Assembly (NCBI GenBank): GCA_951406725.2
Contig: OX597815.1
Span: 135,160,001 to 135,224,000, forward strand
Reading direction: 5' to 3'
From: Octopus vulgaris
Lineage: Eukaryota
DNA: 64,000 nt
Under the pieces are notes generated by a model, which was not told the DNA's origin, made no database searches, and saw only the letters and a list, made by a program, of their open reading frames with translations. Positions 26,935 to 41,709 of this stretch are shown here, one piece after another (the stretch's first letter is position 1; each line of letters begins with the position of its first letter). Position numbers and translations under genes: made by a program.

Positions 26935-28375
26935 CACACACACACACATACATATATGTACACATAGACAGTTAAATAAACAAAAAGGTAAACAGACACT
27001 GAGACACTCGATTATATGCAGAGGTGAGCAGACATGTATAAAAAGTACACGGAAGTTTATATTAATGTTATGGTTTAAAGTCATAAGTATTCGTTTCAAA
27101 AATGATTGTTTCTTTCCAGCAGGCAGTCTTGTCTTTTATATTTTATTTATTATTTTTCATAGCAAAGAATGTATTTAATTAAATTTTCAGTTTCAACAAC
27201 TAAGTCATATGCAACCAACTTGAATTATATAATGCCTTTTCCCTTTGTTTACAATATATATATATACGTATGTATGTATTTTAAATCATCCACTTTCAAA
27301 AAGTGTTTTCTCTTTTTCTTTTCAACCTGAGGTATGCCAAACAATCTTGTTGTTATTTTTAAAATGCTTTGAAGGCACCGTAAGATCATCAGTAAGATTT
27401 ATAAAATTAATACATGATAGGTGTACAATACCTCTGAAACTGTTTTTAAGAACTAGTTTCATGAGCTAAATTTGATGAGTGATAAATTCCCACCAGGATA
27501 AAACAATAATTGAATATGGATAATATTTCCCAAAGACTCTGTAAACTGAAGCAGGCAAAATGAAAACTACTATGATAAATTGTGATTGTTATTAGTTAGG
27601 AGGTAAGCCAAGTCCACTTTACTTGAATAAAGATATAACAAAGGCTACTGCTTAAAGTATGATACACACAAGATATTTTATTGATGTTTTAAAGCTAAAC
27701 CTGTCCTATTCATTTGTAGTGCAAGCTACCCTTACATACAAGTCTCATAATACCATTGATTTCCTTCCTACCTACCTTTATTGCATTTTAAATATAGTAG
27801 AGAACTATTAAAGGAGTAATCTTTATGGCTTATTACTGATATACTAAACTTATACTATATAGCTGTATATTTTACTGATACTAACTACACTGGCAGTCAG
27901 TATAGTATATTGCTAGTATTATTAAGTTCCATGTCTATTCTGATCAAGCAGACATTTGAAATATCTTCAGAAAGTCTTTCTAAAACTATAATATCCACTG
28001 TGTGCTTTCTTCTTTAAGCTTGAAGGATATTTAGCTGCTAGTTTTAACAGGTTGGGCAACCACTCAGAAGGTTCCTCATGGGAAGAGGCATAATATATTA
28101 GATATGTATGGCACCTCTTCCTATATCAAGAGGCGAAATATCCCAGAGTTCAAATCAGGAATCTCATTGAGTTTCAGAGTGAAAGAACTTTATTCTACAA
28201 TGTATCAGCTTGCCTAACTTTTAAGAACCAATAGTAATTCATTTTGGTATTTGTCTCTTGTCTACTATGTATTAGGAAAACAGTTTGATTCTCATAAAGG
28301 AATGAATTTGCCTTGGGTGTTAATATAACCATCAGCAAATCACTGGGCTTCATTCAGTCAATACTGACCTGAAAT

Positions 28376-28504
28376 CCACCGAGGTCGACTTTGCCTTTCA
28401 TCCTTTCTGGGTCGATAAATTAAGTACCAGTTGCATACTGAGGTCGAGCTAATTGACTGGCCCCCTCCCCCAAAATTTCAGGCCTTGTGCCAAGAGTAGA
28501 AAAG
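28376..28504 (+). mobile_element. 5'-truncated SINE family A (tail type 2) with perfect 16-bp TSD
   Basis: AATACTGACCTGAAAT at 28360-28375 and 28505-28520. Confidence 0.9.
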
Positions 28505-29297
28505 AATACTGACCTGAAATGTTAGCATAAAAATACCAATAATGATATATAAGACTTAGTCCACTGCTTGATTTAACACCAAAACCTGGTTTGGAAACCT
28601 TTAGAAAAGTATGCTCTGCATTAAGCATTCAGAGCACATCTGAAAGTAGCTTGCTGTCATCTTGATGCACTTCCTACTGCACATTCTATTCAGTACAGTT
28701 AGCCTTTTTCTTTTTATTGTTTTAGAGGAAGTGTTAACAGGTGGCTGCTTGCTGTCAGATAAGATAAGTACATGACTTCTTGTGTAAGACCACAAGAGAA
28801 TGCTCTCTTTATCGGCATGCTTACATGTGACCTCTGACTTCTAGATGGGCTACATACAAGGATTAAAGTAGTGATTAGTATTAACTGCAGAACCATATTC
28901 TCAGCTCATTTTTTCTCACCAATTCATAAGTCATAGTTACACTTCTTCCTTTGACTAAACCAAAAAAAAAAAAAATCAAATGAATAAATTGACCCCCAGT
29001 ACTAGATTGGTACTTGTTTTATCATTTTATTAAGTATGGAATGATAAAAGCCAAAGATTGGTTCAGTGACATTTGATCTCAAAGTGTAACAATAACTGCT
29101 AAAAGAAACATTAACTAAAGATGAAAAAAAAAATTACTTACCCAGTTTGTAACAGCCTGAAGAGATTCCTGGACAGAAATACCAGCAAATGAACTGGAAG
29201 AAAAGATATCAAATCATCACGAAGAGAAACAACTGACAGAAATATTGCAATGAGTTTGATATGAATAAAAATGAAGGAGAAAATAAATTCTTGTGTT

Positions 29298-29328
<31 letters not shown>

Positions 29329-29365
29329 GTACGTATATATGCATGTATGTATATATGCATGTATG

Positions 29366-29412
<47 letters not shown>

Positions 29413-30401
29413 ATATATGTATGTATATGATGGGGACAGATCAGATTCTACATGCATTTGACCCTGTAACAACCAGCTTCATGGTCCCCAATTTGACTGA
29501 GTGAGGAGCATGCGTAAAGGACGAGAAGTATCTGACACAAAACAAAAATGCCTACCAGATTATCTGAGTACTGAAATCCACTCTGATGAGGCAGAAACTG
29601 AAGCTCTGCTTCTATTTATGCAATCTTCACCCACACTCCAGACTTGATTTCAGTTGAATTTATATCTATATCAAGAGAAGGGGGAGGGGGGGGAGATACA
29701 CATATGCATACAATTTTTTAAATATGTATAAATTTAATAGTTTGCATATATCTTTGTGTTTCTGTGTATCTGTGTGAACATTTGTTCCTATTTTCATATA
29801 CGCTTTCTTTCTCAGTTTAAATTCTTATCAGGGTGTCAACCAGATGTTGGTTCATTCCCACTGGTTTTGTCTAGAAGTTAGTGAGGTGAATAAACCCATT
29901 GATTGACAATACTTTTCATAAGTATACATGTCAGTGACACTGTTATTTGTCAACAAAGAAAACACCAAGGGTACACACACACACACATAGGTTCATATAC
30001 ACAGATATAAGTATATGCATACAGACACATATATAAACACACAGATACACATGGTAACACACATGGACATAAATATAATTACAAATTAAATGCACAAATT
30101 ACGATTTTAAGTGTGTAACTTATAAGATATGAGTACCCAGTCAAGGACAAAATAAAATGAACTAGCTGTCCCAATGGAACAAATACCTTGTATCCATCAT
30201 GCGACATACCAACCAAGAACCTGTTTATTTTTTTCTGCTCTAGATTCATAAGCATAAATAACTTTCATAATTTACATATACACACACACACGAATGTGTG
30301 AATGCATAAATGAGTATATGTGTGTGTGTGTGTGTGTGTGTTTATACATATTATGAGTGTGTATATGCATGTATGTATACAAACACATATATAATTCATT
30401 T

Positions 30402-30799
30402 TATTCTCTTTTACTCTTTTACTTGTTTCAGTCATTTGACTGCGGCCATGCTGGAGCACCGCCTTTAATCGAGCAACTCGACCCTGGGACTTATTCGTTT
30501 GTAAGCCCAGGACTTATTTTATCGGTCTCTTTTGCCGAACCGCTAAGTTACGGGGACGTAAACACACCAGCACCGGTTGTTGAGCGATGTTGGGGGGACA
30601 AACACAGACACACAAACGCATATATATATATATATATATATATGTACATATATACGACGGGCTTCTTTCAGTTTCCGTCTACCAAATCCACTCACAAGGC
30701 TTTGGTTGGCCCGAGGCTATAGTAGAAGACACTTGCCCAAGGTGCCACGCAGTGGGACTGAACCCAGAACCATGTGGTTGGTAAACAAGCTACTTACCA
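30402..30799 (-). mobile_element. SINE family B, near full length
   Basis: Highly similar to 15679-16094 throughout. Confidence 0.9.
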
Positions 30800-31165
30800 T
30801 TGTTCATATTTACATGTTTTTTTTTCAAGCTAGCATGGGTTAGATCCAGAATGTGTTATTAAGGCATTGTTGTACAGCCAGACAATCTTTCTGTCACCAA
30901 GCATTCTCTTTTTTTCAAGGGATCTCATATTTCATACAACCTTGAAAAATGCAAAACCAGTTGATGATTTTTTCCGGCAGGAGAAGTAATAACCATGTCA
31001 CCACTTGCTGCTCATAATACTTCAGAATATATAAACACACAGACACATACCACACACATATATATATATATGACAGGCTTCTTTCAGTGTCCATCTAATA
31101 AATCTACTCATATATGTTTACAAACATATACTGATACATATTGTATGTGTCCGTGTATATATATA

Positions 31166-32398
31166 TGAAGTGATATCAAAAAGCTCCCAGACTAGTTATG
31201 TTTGATAAGAAATAAACTTATTTACCAATGTTTTAATATTATCTCCTTTAAAATAGTTACTTTGTGTAGCAATACTCCAGTCCCAGCATTCCTGCTACTT
31301 TTGGAATCCAGTCTGGAAGTTGTTTTCTGTAAGCGAGTTGAAGACCTTCTGCAATTCGCTCTAGATCTCAACGTCAGTGTTAAAACGGTGACCTTTGAGC
31401 TGCTTTTTCATCTTGGGGAAGCGATGGCAGTCCACAGGTGTTAACTCTGCCAAATAAGATGGGTGTGGAAGCGATACCATGTTGTGACAGGGTGCATTGT
31501 TGCTGAGAAAAATCTACTTCCTTGCATTCCATAGACTTGGTCGCTTTCGCCAAATGTCCTCTCTCAAATGCATCAAAACATTACGGTAGAACCCTCGGGG
31601 ACAATCTGGCCCTGAAAGATGAATTCTCAATGCACAATAACACAGATATCGCAAAAAACGATAAGCATGCTCTTGACTGAGCTGCAGCTCTGTTGTACCT
31701 TCTTCAGCCATGGAGATGAAGGGCTCTTCAATTGTGACAACCGCTGCTTCTTCTCAGGGTTGTACACGTAGACCCAACTCTCGTCACCAGTGATGATCTT
31801 TGACATGAAGGATGGGTTGTTAGTGAGCCCGGTACAACATTCTTTGTACTCAGTGGTCAGCAGGCGGGGACAAACTTGGCAGAGACATGCCACATGTTCA
31901 ATTCAGATTAGGAGTACCTGCATGGGTCCATATGACAGACCAACAACATCAGCAATGTTTCTGATTGTCCTCTGACGATCCTCATGCACAAGCTGATGAA
32001 TTTTCTCCACATTTCTCGGGGTGACGCTCATGGCAGCTCATTCATCATCTTCCAGGGACATTCTTCTGCTTTTGTAACACTCATGCCACTCAATACATTG
32101 AGTACAACCCATTGCCTCATTGCCATAAGCTTGCTCAATGTCTTTGTAGCAGACTTCTCAAGTTTAATGCAAAATTTCACATTGGTTCTTCGTTCTGATT
32201 TCCTGTCCATGACAAAATCACAGACTACAGCATACACATGATCACAGAAGCACAGGTTTCGCAACTTGCGAAGTAAACACAGCGATGTCACTCAGCACAC
32301 TGCCCCATAAAGGTCACTGCTAGCTTTCACTGTGTATTCAATTGCATGCTGCTATCTGTAGGTGCACTACAGAACTAGTCCAAGAACATTTTGACACA
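31166..32398 (-). mobile_element. Decayed mariner with TIRs
   Basis: Termini TATCAAAAAGCTCCCAGACTAGTT and AACTAGTCCAAGAACATTTTGACA in TA context; ATG at 32210 (MDRKSERRTNVKFCIKL), IITGDESWVYVYNPE, LREDIWRKRP, YFKGD. Confidence 0.9.
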
Positions 32399-32810
32399 TA
32401 TATATATATTCATTTTTTATTTTTATATTGCTTTAACATTCAATTTTTTCATACTTAAATGGGTAAGATAAAATTCAGAGACGCATGCCCTCTCTTTGGC
32501 CAACACTCACCTGTTTCAAAGCAAGGTAAAGTTTCCCTTGGTCCTTTAAACATAAACAACATGATGGCTAAACATGTTTTCTTGGAAGATTACAAATGAC
32601 AGTGATGCTCATTTATAATTACTCTGGAATACCAAGACAAAGAAACACAATACATTCACAGACATCTGCATGCACATGCACACATGTGTGTATGTGTTTT
32701 TATACCCATGCTAAGAATCAGGTGAGGGTGAAAGGAAGAGCATCATAGAAAATCTGCCTCAATAGACTATGCCCTATGTAAGTAAGGAAAAGTGGACATT
32801 AAAATGCTAA

Positions 32811-32825
<15 letters not shown>

Positions 32826-32848
<23 letters not shown>

Positions 32849-33365
32849 CATTTGAGTGAGGTCATTGCCAGTGCTGCTGGACTGGTTCCTGTGCAGGTGA
32901 CACATAAAAAACACCATTTGAGCATGGCCGTTGCCAGTACCGCCTGACTGGCCCTCATGCCGGTAGCATGTAAGGCGGCGAGCTGGCAGAATGGTTAGCA
33001 AGCCGGGTGAAATACTTAGCAGTATTTCGTCTGCTGCTACGTTCTGAGTTCAAATTCCGTCAAGGTCAACTTTGTCTTTCATCCTTTCGGGGTCGATTAA
33101 ACAAGTACCAGTTATGCACTAGGGTCGATGTAATCGACTTGATCCATTTGTTTGTCCTCTCTGTGTTTAGCCCATTGTGGGAAGAAAAGAAATAGGCATG
33201 TAAAAGCACCCACTACACTCTCGGAGTGGTTGGCATTAGGAAGGGCATCCAGCTGTAGAAACTCTGCCAGATCAGATTGAAGCCTGGTGTGGTCATCTGG
33301 TTCGCTAGTCCCCAGTCAAATAGTCCAACCCATGCTAGCATGGAAAGCGGACGTTAAACGATGAT
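32826..33365 (+). mobile_element. Family C element interrupted by a family A SINE
   Basis: Family C sequence is continuous once 32974-33195 and one TSD copy are removed. Confidence 0.85.
32974..33195 (+). mobile_element. SINE family A (tail type 1) with 8-bp TSD
   Basis: GCATGTAA at 32966-32973 and 33196-33203. Confidence 0.9.
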
Positions 33366-33443
33366 ATATATATATATATATATATATAGTCCTACCTATG
33401 CCAGCATGGAAGCCGGACATTAAATGATGATGATGATGATATG

Positions 33444-33483
<40 letters not shown>

Positions 33484-34734
33484 AACACACATACACACAC
33501 TCAAACATATGTACATGTGTATCTTTTATCTTTTCTTTTACTTGTTTGTGGGTCACAGCCTTGAAGAATTTTAGTCCAACGTATCAACCCCAGTGATAAT
33601 TTTTTAAGCTTTGCACTTATTCTATCAGTCAGTTTTGTTCTTTTGTTAAACCACTAGGATACAAGACAGATGCAACAACACCAGTTGTTAAGTGGTGATG
33701 GGGAGGAGGACAAAAACAGGCATAAACACACACAAGCAAACTCACAGGCACACACACTCACACACACACATATATGCATCACATTTTTTTTTGATATAGT
33801 CACAATATTTAAAAAAAAATTTTCTTAAATTAAAATTTATTAATTGTATAAAATAAAAATCTGATGGAAGTTTTTATGTAAATGCTTACACAAACTTCCT
33901 TCCATCAGCTCTGAGTTAATCTGCATTCTTTTAAAGATTTTTGAATAATTAATCACTTTTTAAGAAAATCATTTTTCAAACATATTCACTCATAATTTTC
34001 AATGCCAGGTCCTTCTTATAAAACAAAGTTAGTATTACTGTAAAAAAAAGTGAACAATGTGGTTATAACACGTTTCGGCTCTGTGAGGAATAAAAAAGGA
34101 GCTGGGGAAAGTTATATTAAGATTCTACCAGGCAAAGTGTACCTTTTGCTTACAATGTATACACATTTGTACAGATGTAAACTAATTAATGCATTAACAC
34201 ACAGAGTCCCTTGATCTGTTAGAAAAAATAGATAAACTTCCCATAAATCACACCTACCACCTTATAAAAAAGGTATACATTCGATAATGTAGTCATTTTG
34301 AATGCTTTTGATCTTAGGTGTATCTGACAAGGGCTAACTTAGAGCTAAACAACAGCAACTATAACTTATTCAGAGACACAGACAAAGCAATATGCAGACA
34401 ACTAATGTGTGTTATGTAAGCCTGCTAAGTTCAAGTATTTGTGTGGAATAGGATATGTGAACTTTCTTCAAAACTCCAGATCAGTCTTCAGTTCACATCT
34501 TTAGTAGTATAATGCACTGGAACACAACAATAGCAACAGCGTGAACAATAATGATTGGCAAAAAGGATGGATGAGAAGGATGATCAGGTAATGATGATGA
34601 TTATCAAAATATGAGGAAGTCTGTATATAATACATGTTAGTGAGCAATAACTAAAGAACATGATGATGATCAAAAGATGGTTACTGATGATAGTGATTGT
34701 AGTGATAATGCTTATACTAATGAGCACTACTAAA

Positions 34735-34941
34735 GGCGGCAAGCTGGCAGAAACGTTAGCACGCCGGGCAAAATACTTAGCGTTATTTCGTCTCCCATTA
34801 CGTTCTGAGTTCAAATTCCACAGAGGTCAACTTTGCCTTTCATCCTTTCGGGGTTGATAAGTTAAGTACCAGTTACACACTGAAGTCTGTCCTTGTTTGT
34901 CCCCTCTATGTTTAGCCCCTTGTGGGCAATAATGAAATAAG
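34735..34941 (+). mobile_element. SINE family A (tail type 1)
   Basis: Full head; direct repeat TGCTTATACTAATGA at 34709-34723 and 34942-34956, with 11 extra nt before the head. Confidence 0.9.
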
Positions 34942-37900
34942 TGCTTATACTAATGATAATGATCATTCAAACAACAGTCATTATTGTAAGATTGATAACA
35001 ATACTGATGTTGACCACATTGTTGTATTGATTATTATAAAAATTATAATGATGATTTTTGAGTAATAAACTGTTAAAGGCCATCTATTTAGCAAGAGAAG
35101 TTGATGCCTACATGGCAACCTAAAATGTTTTACTACTCACATTCACCTCCCAGCCATTTACCTTACTCCATCTGTAAAATTAGCACCACCATCAGCATCA
35201 TGAACATTCACTATAAGTATCCTCATTTAGACATGTCCACATCTCTACTTCTTTTTCACTTTCCTCTCTTGGCCACTAATGTATTCAAGAACAATTGCCA
35301 TAACCAAGCAAAAGGTGTGCTAAATGAAGAAGACCATGGTGTTATCTCTGTTGATAATCTGTGATGACATTTTAACAGAAGTATGAACAAAGCTCTTGGG
35401 ATACTTACATGACTGTTGGGAAACCCCATAGATTACTAACAGACCGTGACACTCTAATAACACTGGTAATGGGACACAAACATTTAAACATGTAAAGTGA
35501 ATAGGAAGGGGATCCACCAATGGGTAGATGCCAAATATGAAGTATACAAGTGAGATATTGTCCCCAAACATGCACAAAATCAGTGACTCAAATAACTGGC
35601 TCAGACTGTGATGATACAACCAACAATATGGAAATTCAGATGTAAAATTTCTAATGATGGTGACATTGCTAATACCACTAGAATCTTCAAAGACTATTGA
35701 AAATAACAATTCATATAAGATGCTAATGTTTGTGTAAGGTATTGCCTGATATTTATTCAATATTCCTGTATGTGAAACTCTGAGTTGGAGAGTTCTTATT
35801 TCATACAGGTAAACACATAAATATATATGTATACACACACCTCTTAACCACTACTGTCTTTAGGACTACTCTGAGTAGTAACATCAGTCAAAGCTCCAGC
35901 TATGGATTTACTGGCATGTGAACCACTGTGATTGAAGGACCCCTAGTTCTTGTAAGAACTTCATTCTTATAAGAAGGTAAACTCTCTGAGAAAGCTACAA
36001 TTGTCTGTTTTGGCATGGTTGACAAGGTAATGGAAACTATCTACTACTCCTAAGGACCACCCCCCCAGACATATGAGGGAGTGTATTTTCTGTACATTCT
36101 AAATGTTTATTGTACCTGCACATCTACTACACACACATTATATAATTTGTATACTATATAGTAAGTAATGTAATTATTCTCATACACCTATTGTCTAATA
36201 AGCAGCACTAGCTGGTTAATTCTGATTAACTGCATGTATTTAGAAGTTACCTCAGAGACCATACCTCAGAGACCATACATGGTCCTGACTATACCAAAGC
36301 AGAATGAAACCTAACAAAATTGTCAAGCTCACATGCTTTTTCTTGGGTTTTTAATGTTTATATTTACCTACTGAATTCATTTACTCTTGTGAATGTTATG
36401 TAGTTTTTGTCTAATTTTTGACTGTGTTTCTAAAAATCACAAAATAGTGCCATGTTCCATCTTGTCCCTATATCTGGATACACTGAGAATAGATAGGAAC
36501 TGTTGAAGAACTTCTGTACAAACTCTCATTGTTAGCTCAATTTGAACAAACATCATTACTCAAGAGGTACCCCTTGAGATAATGCACTTTTCTCCCTAAT
36601 CATCTGATCTTTATTGAAAAATATAAAATTCCAAGTTTAAGGCTTAAAACATCTACTCTCAATTGTAGTGAGTTTGTTAATGGAAATTTGGCCTCTACTC
36701 TAAGCAAGTTATGCAAATATGGGGAATCTCTGGAATGACTTTTCTGAAAAGGCTGAGTGCAATTTGATGATTGTACTTGGTAGATAATGTTAAACAACAA
36801 CACAGCATCAGAGTCAACAACTCTGGAAACTGGTTAGATACTCAAGTAATTACATCAACTGAAACACATTACACTATATAAATATGAAAATAAGATAAAA
36901 CATACACTGAGAATAATTACAATCTAAAATAAGTGACATATCTTTGACTAAAAGCAGAATTAGCAACTTATAACCATTATTTATTTTTCTCACCAGATAC
37001 TGCAAATTAGGTATTGTTTAGCTCCAGGTCAGCCCTACTGAACAGCCAACACAATCATTCACATCCCTGTCTTTTCTTTTTCCACAGTGTACCTAGTACA
37101 ACTTTATTCAATGTCTTTTAAGAAAGATTTGGCTATTATTTCTAGAAGGTTAAGTGACTAAGTAGGGACCACTCTTGTTGGTTTGAGAGTAGTGAATTCT
37201 TGGAATAGAACATTTGAAATTCAATATCCAACCAAGACAAACTTTGCTTTTTGTCACTTTACAGTTGTCAAGATAAAAAATATCAAGCATAGACTAAGGC
37301 TGATTTAATTTATTAAAACTCTTCTTTAATAAATATGTGGTCTTCTGTTAGTGAGAGGAATCAACATTATCACTGCCATCATCATCATCAGCCAATACCA
37401 ATATCAGAGAAGTTGATGTTATCACAAACAGTATCTTATGTATTATAACTTCCATTAAGTATCAAACATAATGATGACAAGACTCCTTCATCTACGCAGC
37501 TTTTAGTTTCTTCTTAAAAAGCAACACTTTTAGTTCCTATTAAGATGATGACAAAGATGAGAATAACTATGATGATAGTGATAATGATGTCAAACTGTTG
37601 TAATCATTATCATCTCATAATTATTCATAATCACTGCTTCTGCCCTTGTCAATGTTATCACTACATTTAAAATCATTATGCTTATTGTTGCAATCATCCT
37701 CATTTACAAAATTGCTTACATTTACAAAATTGAGGCTAGGCTTCAATGTACAGCTGCATCTGTTCTGTGATCAGACTGGTTAGTTACAACAATTCTATAT
37801 TTAAGAGATGAGGAATTATGTACATTATTTACATTTGACGGATATTTTTCCTCATCTTGTTTGTCGTTAACACAACGTTTCTAGATAAGTCAAGGGTTCA

Positions 37901-38148
37901 GAGTAGATAGGAACTAGAACGAAATGATAAGCAGGATGGCCAGTCTCACTCAGAAATAAGCTGAGAGGAAGTCATTGCTGCAAGGTTGGTAATAGGTAGA
38001 AAGCACATAATCACTTTTGTCATATATCATCACCTGAATGTTGGGCCTTGCACCAGGTTTTGCCTGATCAGATTGGAACACCAGCTCTTTTACTTCTTGT
38101 GGAAGGAAAGCATTCCATTAGTCTGGTAGTCAATGTGGCACCAATACC

Positions 38149-38381
38149 TATTTCTTTACTACCCACAAGGAGTTTAACACAGAGGGAACAAACAAGTGTA
38201 GACAAACGGATTAAGTCAATTATATCGACACCAGTGTGTAACTGGTACTTAATTTATCGACACCAAAAGGATGAAAGGCAAAGTCAACCTCGGCGGAATT
38301 TGAACTCAGAACATAACGGCAGACGAAATATTGCTAAGCATTTCGCCCGGCGTACTAACGCTTCTGCCAGCTTGCCACCTT
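38149..38381 (-). mobile_element. SINE family A (tail type 1)
   Basis: Closely similar to 1660-1891; flanking AATACC direct repeat. Confidence 0.9.
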
Positions 38382-39361
38382 AAAATACCCTTTACACAGA
38401 GCTCAGCATACAGTGGCTGATAGCGTGGAGACATGCATTGAGACTGCAGCAACCGCAGAAAATTCTAGGCACTGAGCACAAGCAGTTGTCTTTGACAAGG
38501 TATGCTTTCTCACAGCTTGTCTCTTTGACAGAGCTGTGTCCTGTGTCAAATGGCACCAAATTGGCATCTGGAATGCTGTAATGATTTAAGTTCAGATTCT
38601 ACCAAGGTCAACTTCATCTTTAGGGGGTTCAAAAAATAAGTACTAGTTGAGCACTAAGATCAATGAAATTGACTTCTCTTCCCACAAAATTGCTGGCCCT
38701 GTGCCAAAATAAGGGATTTGTTATTATTATTATTATTATTATCATCATTATTAATAATAATAATAACAATAATACTAATAATCAAATTGGGAAGCTGTTT
38801 CACCGAAGAAAGAAGATGGTCACCAAAAACATGATTTAGATTCGAAGTTGTTTGCCAATTCATCTACAAAAAAATCAGCAGCATAAACAATAATAGTGAT
38901 GACAACAACAACAACAACAATAAAGAAACTAAAGAGATACTTAAGCTGGACCTGACCTTTTCTCTTAAAATGTTAAACACTATGTTTTCAGTTTGAAATA
39001 TCTGAAATCTAAATTTCAAAATCCACTTACTACATTTAAACAGTCATGGAAGGAAGTGGTAGAGAAGAGAGTGACAAAGACACACATCATAAATGGCAGC
39101 TCAGTGATGAAGTGTTAGAAATGATTTCATGTCAAGCTATATGACAAAGATAGAGAAAATGTAAGTTCTACCTTGTTTTCAAAGCAAGGTACAGATGTCT
39201 TATAACTGACATACTATCAAAAGAAGAGCAATTCTGCAACGTCAGTTTTCTTTGGTATACAAACTTAACTAAATTTACAAACTTCACTAAATAATGTTTG
39301 CTTATTTAAACCACAACTAGTTTTCTCAAATTAATTTTGAATCTATAGAAAAAGCTGGTTA

Positions 39362-39578
39362 ATATTGATTTCAAATTTTGGCACAAGGCCAGCAATTTCG
39401 GGGGGTGAGTAAGTCGATTACATTGACACTAGTACTCAACTGGTACTTAGTTTATTGATCCCAAAAGGACGAAAGGCAAAGTCGACCTCAGTGGAATTAG
39501 AACTTGGGACATTAAGTTATGAAATGCCACTAAGCATTTTATTCAGTGTGCTAACAATTCTGACAGTTTGCTGCCTTG
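39362..39578 (-). mobile_element. SINE family A (tail type 2)
   Basis: AAAGGCAAAGTCGACCTC core and TCAAATTTTGGCACAAGGCC tail. Confidence 0.8.
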
Positions 39579-40471
39579 AAAAAAGCTAGTTAATATTGAT
39601 GCTGTGTAGCATCAGTCAGCCCTAGTGATGAGTCTCTATGATATTGCTGTGGATAAGGTTTTTTGTTTTTGTTCAGCTTTAAGAATAGTAATTTTGCCCA
39701 GTTTTCAGATTTTCAAGATTTGTTAATGTTGATAGTTGGAGATGTTTATAAATGCAGTAATGCATTCAAGCTTAATTTTTTTTTTAATGCCTATGTTTGT
39801 GGTTTGGTCAGCCCCTGAGGCTTATGAACCAGAATTTCCAATTTCATCTTTGATAGTAAGATGGATGAAACAAGTTTATGGTCTAGGTAGAAACTTGCTT
39901 GTGTTTCTATTTTTGCATGGATAGGAATCTGGAACTACATAATCCAATGTAGCATTCTTTTTCAAGAAGGCAAAGTGTAATTTGAAAGTGATTTGGCTGC
40001 AATTTCCATAAATTCCCCATAGTTGTAATATTTATGTATGATGTGCAACTTTCAAATATGATGATGTTGTTTAGCCTTAGATGATCAAGTTTATCTAAGA
40101 TCATAAAATTCTATCTGGTACTAACTATCATATCGTTTGGCTAAGCACTATGCAGCCAGGTCTACATTATCTGATTAAACAATTCACTTTTTTCTAAAAA
40201 CTGGAAGGTTGGGATAGGAGATTGCTTGCTATTTTTAGTGGGTTGAGCAAACTGCATAGAGCCTTTGTCTGATGATGGAGAAGATGATGATAGTGATGAT
40301 AATAATAATTGTTGTTATTTCTGAGGTAGGCATCAAAATTCAGGCGATGGGTATAGTTGATCAAATTAACAGACTGGTACTTTGTTATGGAATCTGGAAG
40401 GCTGAATGGCAAAGTTAGCCTCAGTAGGAGTTGAATTCAAAATGTAAAAGAAAAACCACATGATGATGATG

Positions 40472-40510
<39 letters not shown>

Positions 40511-41034
40511 GTGTTACTATGATAATAAAAATCTTGGCAATGACATTGATAATTCTATCGATTTTCTTTTTGTTTATATGATGTTTTCTTTTAGAGAAAG
40601 AAGGGAAGAAGGTGGGTCAGATGAGCTGGGTGTATTTTGCTGACTGTGCATCTTGTTTTTATAGATTACAACTCACAATGAACAAAAAGTTTATACAGAA
40701 ACACCTGCCACAATGTTAAAAAAAGAAAAATGAAGTAAACGAAATGAAAGCAAGGATAAGAGCAAGCATTTCACTTCCTGTCAAAGTCAGCATTTTGAAG
40801 AAAATCCTAAATGGATTGGATGAAGCTTGTCTCATTCTATGTTGTGCCTCTCATACCTCCTCCATCATTGCTTAATGTTTAATATCATTCAATAAAAGCA
40901 AGGGAGGTAGATTGTTTCTGTAATGATACCAGTATCATACTAAGCTTATATATATAAGTATGTTTACGTATGTGTGTGTATGCATGTATGTATATATATA
41001 TATATATATAGTGTGTGTGTGTGTGTGTGTGTGT

Positions 41035-41190
41035 GTGGCTGAGTGGTGAAGAAGCTCATTTTGAAATTGTATAGTTTTAAGTGCAGTTCCACGGCATGGC
41101 GCCTTGAGCAAGTGTCTTCTACTACAGCTCTGGGCCAACTAATACCTTGTACATAAATTTGGTAGACAGAAACTTTATGGAAGCAAATCG
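41035..41190 (+). mobile_element. 5' half of SINE family B, degenerate
   Basis: GTGGCTGAGTGG...GCGCCTTGAGCAAGTGTCTTCTACTA...TGGTAGACAGAAAC. Confidence 0.7.
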
Positions 41191-41200
41191 TGTGTGTGTG

Positions 41201-41237
<37 letters not shown>

Positions 41238-41709
41238 ATGTATGTGTATTAATATCATCATCATCTGACAGTCATTTTCTATGCTAGCATTGGGTGGACA
41301 AGTCGTCACATTCTGAGTCATTTCTTATTGGGAGCTGTTGCTTTCATAAACTGGTGATCGTATGTGTTATATGTTTTGTTAGTATAGCTGGATGTCCTCC
41401 CTATCACCAACTACTTTACAGACTGCACTAGGTAGATTCCCTTGTCACACCAATATTAGAGAGAAGCTGAATAATCTTTAGCAAAACAGAACTAAAGAGC
41501 CATCATATGCTTTTCTTACTTGTCTGCTACCACTTTAAAGTGTGTACAAAGTGTAGTGAGGTTTTCTCATTTACCAATCACCCTTGAAGTGGGGCAAATT
41601 TTCTGTCTTGGCACCAGTACAGGAAGGAAGTGCCTTGTATACTGTAAATAAAAAAAATACTCAGTAATCTAAACAGGGGAAATAGAAGAGAGTGCTTGAT
41701 AAACTAGGG

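Noticed and set aside
29580-29615. CTGATGA followed by a GCAGA/TCTGC stem
   Set aside because: No GAAA or stem III after the stem; incomplete motif
35320-35838. 172-aa minus-strand ORF
   Set aside because: No recognisable motif or domain; probably a chance ORF in decayed repeat DNA
39043-39166. AG...GTAAGT exon-like segment
   Set aside because: All three frames contain stops; no supporting evidence
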